Part shown: positions 45,274 through 55,915 of the stretch, piece by piece
How the letters are laid out: each line of letters opens with the position of its first letter
Position numbering within the stretch: the stretch's first letter is position 1
Origin: Bythopirellula sp.
Lineage (GTDB): Bacteria; Planctomycetota; Planctomycetia; Pirellulales; Lacipirellulaceae
Direction of reading: 5' to 3'
DNA length: 64,000 nt
Assembly (NCBI GenBank): GCA_965216565.1
Contig: OZ244170.1
Coordinates: 5,056,001 to 5,120,000 of the forward strand
Position numbers and translations under genes: made by a program
Notes under the pieces: generated by a model
Told to the model about the DNA's origin: nothing
The model's database searches: none
What the model saw: the letters and a program-made list of their open reading frames with translations, nothing else

Positions 45274-46569
45274 GTGCCGGGAACATGTATCATCGGATTG
45301 CAGTGGGGCGACGAAGCCAAAGGCAAGATTGTCGACCTGTTGACTGCCGATCATGACGTGGTCGTCCGCTACCAGGGTGGGGCCAATGCCGGGCACACGG
45401 TGGTTGTCGGCGACGAGGTCTACAAGCTTTCGCTGCTCCCCAGCGGCGTGCTCACGGCAGGCGTTACCTGTGTGATTGCCGGCGGGGTGGTCTTCAACCC
45501 TGCCAAGGCGATCGAAGAACTCAACGAACTGCAGTCTCGCAATGTCGACGACTGCGACAATCTCAAGATCAGCGATCGGTGCCACGCGATTTTCCCTTGG
45601 CACTTTGCCGAGGATAAATCGCTCGACAAGAGCACGTCCGACGGCGAGAACATTGGCACCACCGGTCGGGGCATTGGACCCTGTTATCGAGACAAGGTCG
45701 GCAGATCGTTTGCTATTCGCCTCGGCGATATGTATCGATCGGGTTTCCAAGAACAGATCCAACACATTGTTCAAGCAAAGAATACTATTCTGAAAGCGAT
45801 GTACGGCTCTGCCGACTTTGAACCGCTAGTTGCCGAGGATATCTTCAAAGAGTACTCGGCCTATGCCGAGCGAATCAAACCTTACGTCGCGGATACCACA
45901 GAGTACTTGCTCTCAGCGGCCGAATCAGGGAAGCGAATTCTCTTCGAAGGGGCTCAAGGAGCGCTGCTGGATGTCGATCATGGTACCTACCCGTTTGTAA
46001 CTAGCAGCAATAGCTCGGGCGTTGGCATTTCCAACGGATCGGGAGTACCCGGGTGTTATATCGATCGAGTGATCGGAATCGTCAAAGCCTATTCGACTCG
46101 AGTGGGTGGCGGGCCGTTCCCTACTGAACTCGATAACGAAATCGGCCAGAAAATTCGCGACCAAGGCAACGAGTACGGCACGGTCACCAAGCGTCCCCGG
46201 CGTTGCGGCTGGCTCGATGCGGTAGCCGTTCGCTACACGACCAGGCTTAGTGGGGTGAACTCGATATGCGTTATGCTGCTGGATGTGCTGAGTGGGCTGG
46301 ACGAATTGAAGATCTGCACGGCCTACGAGCTTGATGGCGAGAAAACGGACCGCTTCCCTAGCCATGTTGACGATATCCGTCGGGTCCGACCTGTCTATGA
46401 AACCCTACCAGGTTGGCAGGAAGATCTTACCAAGATGCGTACGCTCGCCGAGTTGCCTGAAAACGCCAAGGCCTATCTCAACCGTGTTAGCGAATTAGTC
46501 GGCGTCCCCGTCGAGATGACATCGGTGGGACCTGCCCGCGATCAAACTATTCCTGTCGCCACTGGGTAA
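45274..46569 (+). CDS. purA: Adenylosuccinate synthetase
   Basis: GLQWGDEAKGK, GGANAGHT, GTTGRGIGP, EGAQG, RRCGWLD. Confidence 0.98.
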   Translation: MPGTCIIGLQWGDEAKGKIVDLLTADHDVVVRYQGGANAGHTVVVGDEVYKLSLLPSGVLTAGVTCVIAGGVVFNPAKAIEELNELQSRNVDDCDNLKISDRCHAIFPWHFAEDKSLDKSTSDGENIGTTGRGIGPCYRDKVGRSFAIRLGDMYRSGFQEQIQHIVQAKNTILKAMYGSADFEPLVAEDIFKEYSAYAERIKPYVADTTEYLLSAAESGKRILFEGAQGALLDVDHGTYPFVTSSNSSGVGISNGSGVPGCYIDRVIGIVKAYSTRVGGGPFPTELDNEIGQKIRDQGNEYGTVTKRPRRCGWLDAVAVRYTTRLSGVNSICVMLLDVLSGLDELKICTAYELDGEKTDRFPSHVDDIRRVRPVYETLPGWQEDLTKMRTLAELPENAKAYLNRVSELVGVPVEMTSVGPARDQTIPVATG

Positions 46570-46572
46570 TTC

Positions 46573-47322
46573 ATGTCCACAGACGCCATGCCCGCATTGC
46601 TTGCCGAGGTGCCGCGTGAGAAGTGGCCGCGCCACATTGCAATCATCATGGATGGCAACGGACGCTGGGCCCAACGACAGAATCTGCCTCGCATCGACGG
46701 ACATCGGCGGGGGGTTGATTCTGTACGTGCGACGACCGAAGAGTGCGCACGCCTCAAGCTTGAGCAGCTGACTCTCTATTGCTTATCCAGTGAGAACTGG
46801 AAACGTCCGCAACAGGAAATCGATTTTCTGATGCACTTGCTCGAACAATACATGATCGAAGAGCGCACTACGACTATGGAAAACAATGTGCGGGTGCGAA
46901 TGATCGGTCGACGCACGAATATCCCCCAACAGGTGCTGAGCGAACTCGACCAAACGGTCGCTATGAGCCAGGATAACGATGGCATGTGGATGAATCTGGC
47001 AATCAATTACGGTGCTCGGTCCGAGATCGTCGATGCCGTGCGCACCATTGGCGACCAGATCGCTCAAAAGAATCTCTCTCCTGCAGAGATTGACGAACAG
47101 ACCATCTCGCAGCACCTCTATACAGCTGGCCTAGATGATCCTGACTTGCTAATTCGCACCGCAGGTGAGATGCGGATTAGCAATTTCCTCCTCTGGCAGA
47201 TTAGCTATGCTGAGATTTGGGTGACCGAAAAATGTTGGCCCGAGTTCGACGTGGCTACGCTGCACGAGGCAATCGTCAATTTCGCAGGCCGGAACCGTAA
47301 ATACGGCGGGCTCAATACCTAG
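46573..47322 (+). CDS. uppS: Undecaprenyl diphosphate synthase
   Basis: HIAIIMDGNGRWA, SSENWKRP, RT.GE.RISNFLLWQ. Confidence 0.96.
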   Translation: MSTDAMPALLAEVPREKWPRHIAIIMDGNGRWAQRQNLPRIDGHRRGVDSVRATTEECARLKLEQLTLYCLSSENWKRPQQEIDFLMHLLEQYMIEERTTTMENNVRVRMIGRRTNIPQQVLSELDQTVAMSQDNDGMWMNLAINYGARSEIVDAVRTIGDQIAQKNLSPAEIDEQTISQHLYTAGLDDPDLLIRTAGEMRISNFLLWQISYAEIWVTEKCWPEFDVATLHEAIVNFAGRNRKYGGLNT

Positions 47323-47391
47323 TGCGTCAATCGCTGGTGCTTTCCTTGACTCAACCACGACAATATTCCTCCCGCTAGGAAAGAGAATCTA

Positions 47392-48294
47392 TTGCTGCGA
47401 CTGCGACTGATATCTGGTGTTGTTGTGGTTTCGTTGCTGGTCGCGCTTTGCTGGCTCGATGCATCCGCCGATCGGCCGGGGATCTATCTGGCACCACTTG
47501 CGTTGTTAGCCTGCGGCTTGGCGACAACCGAGTTCATGGCAATGCTCCGTGCGAGTGGGAGCCATCCAATCCGTTGGACGACATTTCTCAGTGCACTTTT
47601 GCCAGTTGCCGCGAGTTGCGTGCCGCTAGTGTGGAAAGAGTATCCCGAGGATTGTCCTGTAGGTAGGTTAGGCTGGGTCGCCTGTGGATTGACCGCCGGT
47701 TTGGTATTGTCATTGCTAAGCGAGTTTATCCGCCGCCGCGATCCAGGCGCTCCACTTGGTTCGGTGATATTGAATCTTGCCGGCTCCACATTCGCCGTGC
47801 TGTATCTGGGGGGGCTCGTCTCTTTTCTTGTGCAGTTACGGATGACGCCCTTCGCGGAAGATCGAACTACCAGCATGTTGCCCTTTGTGTCGACGGTCTT
47901 GATCGTCAAGTTCAGCGACACCTGCCAGTATTTCATTGGTCGGCTTTTTGGTCGGCATAAGCTCGCACCGACGGTCAGCCCGGGAAAAACTTGGGAAGGT
48001 GCCATTGGTGGAATTGGATTGTGTGTGCTTATAACGGCGAGCGGTTTGGTGGCTTACGCCGACTTTCTTACGGGAACAGAGGGTTGGTTGCGTGTGGCTC
48101 TCTACTGCACCCTCTTGTGTGTGGCGGGCATAGTGGGCGACTTGTTGGAATCGATGCTGAAAAGAGATTCAGGAATCAAAGATTCCAGCACCTGGCTGCC
48201 AGGTTTGGGCGGTGTGATGGACATGATCGATTCGCTGCTTCTCGCCGCCCCGGTTTCCTATGCATGTTGGCTATCTGGTTTGCTCACGCCCTAG
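47392..48294 (+). CDS. cdsA: Phosphatidate cytidylyltransferase
   Basis: SP.KTWEG, GDL.ES.LKR..GIKDS..LPG.GG..D..DS. Confidence 0.93.
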   Translation: MLRLRLISGVVVVSLLVALCWLDASADRPGIYLAPLALLACGLATTEFMAMLRASGSHPIRWTTFLSALLPVAASCVPLVWKEYPEDCPVGRLGWVACGLTAGLVLSLLSEFIRRRDPGAPLGSVILNLAGSTFAVLYLGGLVSFLVQLRMTPFAEDRTTSMLPFVSTVLIVKFSDTCQYFIGRLFGRHKLAPTVSPGKTWEGAIGGIGLCVLITASGLVAYADFLTGTEGWLRVALYCTLLCVAGIVGDLLESMLKRDSGIKDSSTWLPGLGGVMDMIDSLLLAAPVSYACWLSGLLTP

Positions 48295-48576
48295 GGCTCA
48301 CGCTGACTGTCTTTTTAGGTCATAACCCCTAGAAACGGCACAAGCCGTGCCTCTATAACCATTTAGGGCCTATCCGTTGCTCTCCGCTAGTCTCTGACCG
48401 GTACGATTAGGTATAGTTGGGGAGAGTTTGACTAGCGATTTGGCTCGATAAAATCGCTACCAAGCGGCTGCTGTTTTCCAGAGAAGAGAGTTCGGAACCA
48501 CTGCACGTTTGGCATTCCACTGCAACGAAGTAAGCAGGAGTTTTTTGCGAGTGCCAGTGAGTACTCGTCTGACTGC

Positions 48577-49521
48577 ATGATAGAAGCAACCATCTCGGTC
48601 GGGGACGCCAATAGCCTAGTCCTCCTGTTGGGCACCAAAGACCAGCATCTTAAGCAGATTCGCGAGACAATTCCCGCGAAAATCTCAGCCCGTGAAGGCA
48701 AGATCCTCGTTCAAGGCGAAGAAGATGCCGTGATGCAGGCTACAGCCGTGCTAGAGGAACTCCGCACCCGCGTTGGCAAGGACGATCCTGTCGACTCGGA
48801 TCAGGTTTCACAAATCATCCGTCGAGTGACGAGTGGCGAGAAATCTCCATCTTCCAATCCAATCGGGGTTCGCGGGGGTCGATCGATTAGCCCACGAACC
48901 GAAGGTCAGGCCAAGTACGTCGAGGCGATCCGTAACAATTCGCTGGTGTTCTGCACAGGGCCTGCCGGTACCGGCAAAACCTACCTGGCTGTGGCCACGG
49001 CCGTCGAAGCCCTGATGGCTCAGCAGATTCGCAAGATTGTGTTGGTCCGACCTGCTGTCGAGGCGGGCGAGAGCCTCGGCTATTTGCCTGGTGATTTGCA
49101 AGCCAAGATTAACCCTTACCTTCGTCCGCTATTAGACGCACTGCGGGAAATGATGGACTACGAAAAAGTCCAGCGTTACATGAACGAGGATGTGATTGAA
49201 GTCGTTCCTCTGGCTTATATGCGGGGGCGGACACTCAATCGGGCGTTTATCATTCTGGACGAAGCACAAAACACTACGGTTTCACAAATGAAAATGTTCC
49301 TTACTCGTATGGGTGAGGAATCGCAGGTCGTCGTATCCGGCGATACATCACAAATTGATCTGCCTCCTCACACGAAGAGTGGTTTGATCGACGCCATGGC
49401 GCGGCTTCGCGATATCGATGGCTTCGCCAAGGTGCAACTCTCTGGTTCCGACATTGTCCGTCACCGTCTGGTGCAGGATATCGTGCGGGCCTACGATGAA
49501 GGATCCAAGAAAAAGAGATGA
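48577..49521 (+). CDS. PhoH-family ATPase (YbeZ-like)
   Basis: GPAGTGKTYLA, RPAVEAGE.LG.LPG, MRGRTL, DEAQN. Confidence 0.95.
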   Translation: MIEATISVGDANSLVLLLGTKDQHLKQIRETIPAKISAREGKILVQGEEDAVMQATAVLEELRTRVGKDDPVDSDQVSQIIRRVTSGEKSPSSNPIGVRGGRSISPRTEGQAKYVEAIRNNSLVFCTGPAGTGKTYLAVATAVEALMAQQIRKIVLVRPAVEAGESLGYLPGDLQAKINPYLRPLLDALREMMDYEKVQRYMNEDVIEVVPLAYMRGRTLNRAFIILDEAQNTTVSQMKMFLTRMGEESQVVVSGDTSQIDLPPHTKSGLIDAMARLRDIDGFAKVQLSGSDIVRHRLVQDIVRAYDEGSKKKR

Positions 49522-49573
49522 CCCTCTCACTAATGCTGATAACCGAGTAAACCAAAAAGTTTCTTAGCGATCC

Positions 49574-51856
49574 ATGTCTAACGGCACTCCACAAAAACGA
49601 ACGCGACAGCAACGAGTCGCCACCGTCGAGTTACCTCCGGGTACTTGGGGCCGGCTCGTCGCGCAGCTGCGCCGTGGAAGTGTTCTGCTGCGGCTGGCAT
49701 TGTGTGCTCTGGCAGCCCTGGTGCTTTGGTCGTTCACCAAGAGTTGGGATCCTCCCTTTACCTATTCTCTAGGCGAAATTCCCAAGCGAGACATCATCGC
49801 CCGCGTTGATTTTGTACAGCCCGACGAAGCCGCGACCGAAAAGCTCCGTCAAAAAGAACGGGAATTGGCACTTGCCGTTTACGACCAAGATCCTGAACCG
49901 TTAATCCAGCTTCGCGCACAGCTACGCAACGAAATCACGAATTTGCTGGCCGCTGAGTCGTTGGAGGAAGTCGACGTTCAACTCTGGAGCGAATTCCAAC
50001 CTGAGCTTGCCGCAGGCACTCCCGATCCTACCGAGGAGCAGCGGCAGGAACAGTTCCAGCGTTTCCGAGAAGCTTTTGCCGAAGAGAACGCTGTCGAGCA
50101 GTTTAGCGAAAGAATGGCTGAAGTCATGGCTCCTCTGGAGCAGTGGGGTTTGTTGGAAACCTTGCCCGAGGAACATGAAGAAGTAAATTCCGAGAGCATT
50201 TATGTGCGGCGGTTAGAAGGCGAGAATTTTTCCGCTGAAGCGAAGACAAGTATTACGGAGGTGTTGATCGAAAACGCGTCCGCAAGGCTGCAGCAGAATC
50301 TTATCGAAAAACTCTCATCGGCTGAATTGGCGCAACGTGTCTACGCTTGGCTGAAGCCTCGGCTGACGACGTCACTGACTCTCGATTTGACTGCAACACG
50401 CGAAGCTCAAGAACTGGCCGCAGAGGCAGTAGAGCAGCAATATAAAGAATTTCGAGCTGGCCAAGATCAACTCGCGAGTTCCGGCGAGCCACTTAATGCC
50501 GAGTCACTCGATCTGTTGCTCCGCGAACACCAACAGATTGTTGCCCAGCGCGATCTTGGTAGTCGAATTCGACGGTCCCTCGCCATTTGGGGCATGTTTA
50601 TCGCACTCTACACTTTGTGTGGGTTCTACATTTATGTACGTGAACCAGCGGTCATCTCCGATTTAGTACGGTTTGTTTGCCTGCTATCGTTGGTTGTGGT
50701 TTCCGTGATGTTGGCTCACGTTGCAAATCAATATTTGTGGGACACCGTTACGGTCATCCCGCTTCTACTATTTGCCATGACAGTGGTGATCGCCTATCAG
50801 CAAGAAATGGCTTTACTGCTCTCGGCGAGCGTGACTTTAATCATTGTGATGGTCATTGGACTAGAGCTCTCGCAGGCACTTGTGTTTATGGCAACTATTG
50901 CCGGTACGATACTTGTGCTGAAGCAGGTCCGCACGCGCGGGAAACTGCTCTCGGTGGGGCTCGTCGCTGCGGCAGTGGCATTGCTGACCACCCTCGGTGT
51001 AGGAACTTTGGAAGGCGATAGTTGGGGACCGCTGATCCAGACCGGTCTTATTCTGGCCTTGTGGTCGATTATCGCCGGTTCGTTGATGACGGTACTGCTT
51101 CCCGCGGTGGAAAAAGTTTTTGGTGTGCAAACTGATTTGAGTTTGATTGAGCTAGGCGACCCAGCTCATCCGTTATTACAGGAACTCATACGTCGGGCTC
51201 CAGGAACCTATAACCATTCCATTACGGTTGCCTCGCTGGCCGAAGCTGCAGCTGAGTCGATCGGAGCGCGTGGGCTTTTGGTAAGAGTCGGTGCCTACTT
51301 CCACGACATCGGCAAGATGCTTAAGCCAGGCTATTTCATCGAGAATCAAAGTCGCGGCGACAACCGCCACGACTCTCTCGTACCCGCCATGAGCACGTTA
51401 GTGATTATTGCTCACGTCAAAGACGGGGCCGACTTGGCGCGACAGAACAAATTGCCCGAGCCGATCATCGACTTTATACAACAACATCATGGGACCACCT
51501 TGGTTGAGTATTTCTACAGACAAGCCAATGAAAAGAAAAAAGGGGAAGACCCCGAAGGTGGTGAGGTCGACGAAAGCTCGTTCCGCTATCCAGGTCCCAA
51601 GCCTCAGAGCAAAGAGGCTGGGGTGCTGATGCTTTCCGATGCCGTAGAAAGTGCTACCAGGGCACTCAAGGAACCCACACCGGCACGAATTGAAAACATT
51701 GTCGAAGAATTGTCGATGAAGCGATTACTGGACGGACAATTCGACGAGTGCGGTTTGACCCTGCAAGAATTGCAGCGTGTTGGAGAAAGTTTGGTAAAAT
51801 CGCTCACTGCCGTATATCATGGACGTGTAAAATACCCCGGACAAGAGACCGCCTAG
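49574..51856 (+). CDS. 7TM-HD (HDIG) phosphohydrolase, PgpH-like
   Basis: Extracytoplasmic domain, TM bundle, APGTYNHS, HDIGK, HHGT, FRYPGPKP. Confidence 0.9.
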   Translation: MSNGTPQKRTRQQRVATVELPPGTWGRLVAQLRRGSVLLRLALCALAALVLWSFTKSWDPPFTYSLGEIPKRDIIARVDFVQPDEAATEKLRQKERELALAVYDQDPEPLIQLRAQLRNEITNLLAAESLEEVDVQLWSEFQPELAAGTPDPTEEQRQEQFQRFREAFAEENAVEQFSERMAEVMAPLEQWGLLETLPEEHEEVNSESIYVRRLEGENFSAEAKTSITEVLIENASARLQQNLIEKLSSAELAQRVYAWLKPRLTTSLTLDLTATREAQELAAEAVEQQYKEFRAGQDQLASSGEPLNAESLDLLLREHQQIVAQRDLGSRIRRSLAIWGMFIALYTLCGFYIYVREPAVISDLVRFVCLLSLVVVSVMLAHVANQYLWDTVTVIPLLLFAMTVVIAYQQEMALLLSASVTLIIVMVIGLELSQALVFMATIAGTILVLKQVRTRGKLLSVGLVAAAVALLTTLGVGTLEGDSWGPLIQTGLILALWSIIAGSLMTVLLPAVEKVFGVQTDLSLIELGDPAHPLLQELIRRAPGTYNHSITVASLAEAAAESIGARGLLVRVGAYFHDIGKMLKPGYFIENQSRGDNRHDSLVPAMSTLVIIAHVKDGADLARQNKLPEPIIDFIQQHHGTTLVEYFYRQANEKKKGEDPEGGEVDESSFRYPGPKPQSKEAGVLMLSDAVESATRALKEPTPARIENIVEELSMKRLLDGQFDECGLTLQELQRVGESLVKSLTAVYHGRVKYPGQETA

Positions 51857-51899
51857 AGATCCTAGCTGGGTGTTTGTCCAACTTCGAACCAAGTAGAAA

Positions 51900-52421
51900 A
51901 TGGAACTTAGAGAACAGCGTGAATCCAGTGGCGATGACGGGGAACCTCCCGAATGCCCCTATCAAATTCAGTTAGCCAATGAGCAGTCGTCTCTGCACTT
52001 GGACGAGCCAAGGCTTATCGAGGCTATTCGTTCTGTCTTAGAAGATTCCGACTTTCAGTCGGCCTCGGTTAGTCTCGCGATGGTGGACGACCCCACTATG
52101 CACGAGCTCAATCGACAGTACCTTGAACACGATTACCCGACAGACGTCCTCAGCTTTGTGCTCGAAGACGACGGCTTGCAACTGCAAGGGCAGCTAATTG
52201 TTAGCGTCGACACGGCAATCGAAAACGCCGCACAGTATGGCTGGTCGCCCGCTGAAGAAATGTTGCTCTACGTTGTGCACGGGGCTTTGCATCTGATTGG
52301 CTACGATGATCAGCTGCCCGAGCAGCGAGAAGCCATGCGGATTGCTGAGTCAACGCACCTTCAAAAACTTGGCATTCATGTCTCCGATTCGCATCGTACC
52401 GCCAGGGAGGATCGGGCATGA
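51900..52421 (+). CDS. ybeY: rRNA maturation endoribonuclease
   Basis: LNRQYL.HDYPTDVLSF, HGALHLIGYDD. Confidence 0.92.
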   Translation: MELREQRESSGDDGEPPECPYQIQLANEQSSLHLDEPRLIEAIRSVLEDSDFQSASVSLAMVDDPTMHELNRQYLEHDYPTDVLSFVLEDDGLQLQGQLIVSVDTAIENAAQYGWSPAEEMLLYVVHGALHLIGYDDQLPEQREAMRIAESTHLQKLGIHVSDSHRTAREDRA

Positions 52422-53719
52422 TCGATGCGACCCAACTGATGTGGGTGTTTCTCGCGGGATTAATCGTCACGGTCGTGGCGAGTCTTGGTATACGTTCGCT
52501 GAGATCATTTTCGCGACACGATCTGGAAGAACTCTGCCGCAAGAATGGCAAGCCAGACCGCTTTGGCGAGATGCTGCGTTTGCACGAGACCGTAGCACTG
52601 GGAATCGAAATGTTGTTGGTTCTCGTTGGTACAGTCACGCTCGTCACTGGGTTTCTCTGGGTATCAGAGCGGTGGGATCTGGAGGCTTTCGAGTCTTGGC
52701 AGCCGATGTTACTCGTGTGTCTAGGCGTAGGCTTGGTGATGACCATTGCCACCAGTTGGTTGGCTTGGGCATTGGCTCGGTTGTTTTCTGAGGAATTCTT
52801 GTACGTCTCCTGGCCGCTATGGAAGGCTGTCGCGGTGTTGTCCTCGCCACTCGTCTGGGGCGCCAGGTTGCTGGACATTGTTCTCCACCGTATCTCGGGC
52901 AGAACCGAAGAGATCGTCGACGAGGAGACGATCGAAGAAGAAATCCGTACGATCGTCACCGAGGGGCATCGAGAAGGATTGCTGGAAGAAGAAGCCCGGG
53001 AAATGATCGAAGGGGTGATCGAACTGGGAGACGCGGACGTCTCGGAGATCATGACCCCGCGAACAGACATGCATATGTTGCAAGTCGAACTACCTTGGCT
53101 CCAAATTATTGACGAAGCCATTGCCCTAGGGCACACACGAATTCCAGTCTACGACAAGAACCGCGACGACATTGTCGGCGTGCTCTATACCAAGGACCTG
53201 ATCCCCGAGCTTGCCACCAGCGATTCAGATTCGCGGACCCCGCTGCGAGAATTGCTCCGCAAACCGGTATTTGTCCCCGAAACGAAGCCGGTCGACAATT
53301 TGCTGCAAATGTTTCAGCAGATGCGGACTCATATCGCGATTGTGCTCGACGAGTATGGCGGAGTCTCTGGGCTGGTTACGATTGAAGATGTTCTGGAAGA
53401 AATCGTGGGCGAGATAGTCGACGAGTACGACGAAGAGTTGGTCGAGGGAATCGAACGGCTCGACCAAGATACCTGCCTCGCTCTAGGACGCACCCACGTC
53501 GATGAAATCAACGAAGCCATGAAACTTGATCTCCCTGACGATGGTGATTTCGATACCATCGGCGGCTTTGTCTTTACCGAGTTGGGGAGAGTTCCTCTTC
53601 CAGGTGAATCGCTAGTGTGGCAGGAGCAAGTTCAGATTCAGGTGCTCGAAGTCACCAAGCGCCGAATCGATCGAGTGCGAATCGAGCGACTCTCATCGGA
53701 TCAACTCGAGAGTGCGTAA
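52418..53719 (+). CDS. CNNM/CBS/CorC (hemolysin-family) protein
   Basis: TM domain, IMTPR, TRIPVY, VLDEYGG..GLVT.EDVLEEIVGEI.DEYD, DTIGG. Confidence 0.92.
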   Translation: MIDATQLMWVFLAGLIVTVVASLGIRSLRSFSRHDLEELCRKNGKPDRFGEMLRLHETVALGIEMLLVLVGTVTLVTGFLWVSERWDLEAFESWQPMLLVCLGVGLVMTIATSWLAWALARLFSEEFLYVSWPLWKAVAVLSSPLVWGARLLDIVLHRISGRTEEIVDEETIEEEIRTIVTEGHREGLLEEEAREMIEGVIELGDADVSEIMTPRTDMHMLQVELPWLQIIDEAIALGHTRIPVYDKNRDDIVGVLYTKDLIPELATSDSDSRTPLRELLRKPVFVPETKPVDNLLQMFQQMRTHIAIVLDEYGGVSGLVTIEDVLEEIVGEIVDEYDEELVEGIERLDQDTCLALGRTHVDEINEAMKLDLPDDGDFDTIGGFVFTELGRVPLPGESLVWQEQVQIQVLEVTKRRIDRVRIERLSSDQLESA

Positions 53720-53924
53720 GCACTATCGCCGGGCCAATTGATAGGAATCCGGGTAGCTAGCACCACAGGCATCAAATTCTCTCTAGCCAGCGTCAATGCT
53801 AGCGGCCTGCATGACTTGATCTTGACCACAAGGGCCTGGCTTTCCTACTGTTCGCCGCCCCGGGCCTCTCCTGCGCGCTCGTTCCGCGCGGTGGCAGTCC
53901 CATTCAATCGCTTTTCTAATAGCT

Positions 53925-55313
53925 ATGACAAAACTCTGCGCAAAACACATTTTGGTTGGCCTAGTGGTTAGTACACCTGGCATGGTGGGCTGTGCTTCAA
54001 TGAACTTAAGCCCGACCAATTGGCAGATGCCTTCGTTTGCCAGCGAACAACACGATCCCGGTACGCCCGAATGGTGGGATGACCACCAGGACGACGCCGA
54101 GTTTGTCGTAGGCGAAGGTTGGCGAGTCCCCGGCACGGAGGGATTCTTCGACGACCAAGGACGGCCCATTCGCGCCCGTGTCGCGAAAGTTGTGAAGAGT
54201 GGCCCCAAACAGGCGACCCTATTGGACGACATCCAAGTAGCCGATTCAGTGAAAGACTTCAAAGAAAAGCTAGGGATGGGACCCGACCAAAGTGCCGCCG
54301 AGCAACTCTATGCAGAGGGCGAGGCATTGTTTCGATCGCAAGACTATAAAAATGCTGTAAAGAAATTCAAATCTGCCGCCGGCCGTTGGCCCGGTTCCAG
54401 GGTCGAACAAGATGCGCTGTTCTACAAAGCAGAAAGCGAATTCTTCGGCGAACAATATCCCGAGGCCGTCGATACTTACACGATGCTGCTGGACAAATAT
54501 CCGAATTCTCAGCACCTTGATAAAGTCGTGCGTCGACAGTTCGATATTGCCCACTATTGGGAGCAACATCACCAGCACGAACCCCATTGGGCGACGACCC
54601 CCAATGTGCTCGATGATACCAGGCCCCTGTTCGATACATTGGGGCGAGCCCTCAAAACTTACGAGAACATTCGTCTCAACGATCCCACGGGTCCGTTGGC
54701 AGACGATTCGATCATGGCCTCCGGCAATTCGTACTTTCTCCGAGGTCGCTACTCCGACGCCGACTATCATTATCAACTCTTGCGGAGCGAATATCCGCAA
54801 AGCGAACATCAGTTTGAAGCACACATCTTAGGCCTGCAGTGCAAGTTGCGGATTTATCAGGGCGAAGACTACGATGCCACGCCACTGACCGAGGCGAAAA
54901 AGATTGTCAAACAGCTGAAAATCCAGTTCGCCGGCGAATTGAATGCAGAGGAGCGCGAACGACTGGCGGAGATACAGGCCCAACTCAATGAGAAATTGGC
55001 CGAACGTGAACTCAAAATGGCAAAGTACTACGATGACGGTGAGCACTATGGGAGCGCGAAGTTTTATTACGCGCAAATCGTGAAGAACTTTCCCGATACC
55101 CCGATCGCGGAACAAGCCCGCTCGCGCTATGTCGAGCTAGGTGGCGAACCAGATCACCCGTCGTCCAATATGGAATGGTTTGTGAATTTGTTCCCTGAGA
55201 ATGCTGAGCGACAATCAATCAAACAAGTGCCAATGCTCGAATCTACCGATACCACACGCATCGCTACCGAACCCCAAGACAATCTTTCTAATGGCGACTC
55301 AATCTATCGATAA
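53925..55313 (+). CDS. BamD-like TPR lipoprotein
   Basis: Lipobox MVGC; TPR repeats ending YP.S / FP.T. Confidence 0.75.
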   Translation: MTKLCAKHILVGLVVSTPGMVGCASMNLSPTNWQMPSFASEQHDPGTPEWWDDHQDDAEFVVGEGWRVPGTEGFFDDQGRPIRARVAKVVKSGPKQATLLDDIQVADSVKDFKEKLGMGPDQSAAEQLYAEGEALFRSQDYKNAVKKFKSAAGRWPGSRVEQDALFYKAESEFFGEQYPEAVDTYTMLLDKYPNSQHLDKVVRRQFDIAHYWEQHHQHEPHWATTPNVLDDTRPLFDTLGRALKTYENIRLNDPTGPLADDSIMASGNSYFLRGRYSDADYHYQLLRSEYPQSEHQFEAHILGLQCKLRIYQGEDYDATPLTEAKKIVKQLKIQFAGELNAEERERLAEIQAQLNEKLAERELKMAKYYDDGEHYGSAKFYYAQIVKNFPDTPIAEQARSRYVELGGEPDHPSSNMEWFVNLFPENAERQSIKQVPMLESTDTTRIATEPQDNLSNGDSIYR

Positions 55314-55869
55314 TTTGTTCGACGGATTAGCTCCATGCCGTGGTTTCGGGGCAATCGTGCTGGGGCCCCTCTTGCTGGGACTTGTGTGCTCGCTCGGTTG
55401 TGCTTCTTATCAGGTCGGCGCGCGGACGCTCTACGCCCCAGATGTCGACACGGTTTATGTGCCGATGATTGAGTCGGACAGCTTTCGTCGAGATTTAGGC
55501 GAGCGGCTCACCGAAGCGGTAATCAAAGAAATTGAATTGCGCACGCCATTCAAGGTGGTGGGCAATCCCGATGCAGATAGTATTCTGTCGGCCCGACTTG
55601 TTTCAGATACAAAGCGAATTACGCTTGAGAACCAAAACGACGATCCTCGCGTTCTTGAAATGGGCATGGTGGTAGAGGTCACTTGGCTTAATCGTCGCCG
55701 CCAACCGCTACGATTGCCGGCGTCAATTGCTTTGCCTCCCGAGTTAGTCACGATGTCGCAGGTTTCGAATCTTGTTCCCGAGGCGGGACAGTCGACGGTC
55801 ACCGCCCAGCAGCAGGCTATTGGGCGGTTGGCCCAGCAGATTGTCTCGGCAATGGAAGAGCCTTGGTAG
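55291..55869 (+). CDS. LptE-like lipoprotein
   Basis: LGCASY, TVYVP...S.SFRR.L.E.LTEAV.KEI, LAQQIV..ME..W. Confidence 0.7.
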   Translation: MATQSIDNLFDGLAPCRGFGAIVLGPLLLGLVCSLGCASYQVGARTLYAPDVDTVYVPMIESDSFRRDLGERLTEAVIKEIELRTPFKVVGNPDADSILSARLVSDTKRITLENQNDDPRVLEMGMVVEVTWLNRRRQPLRLPASIALPPELVTMSQVSNLVPEAGQSTVTAQQQAIGRLAQQIVSAMEEPW

Positions 55870-55915
55870 TCTCAGGGACTTTTGTCAGCCCATGGGCCTT
55901 GCTAGGCTCTACTGT

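Noticed and set aside
52201..53136. 311-aa - strand ORF
   Set aside because: Ser-rich antisense shadow of ybeY and the CNNM gene.
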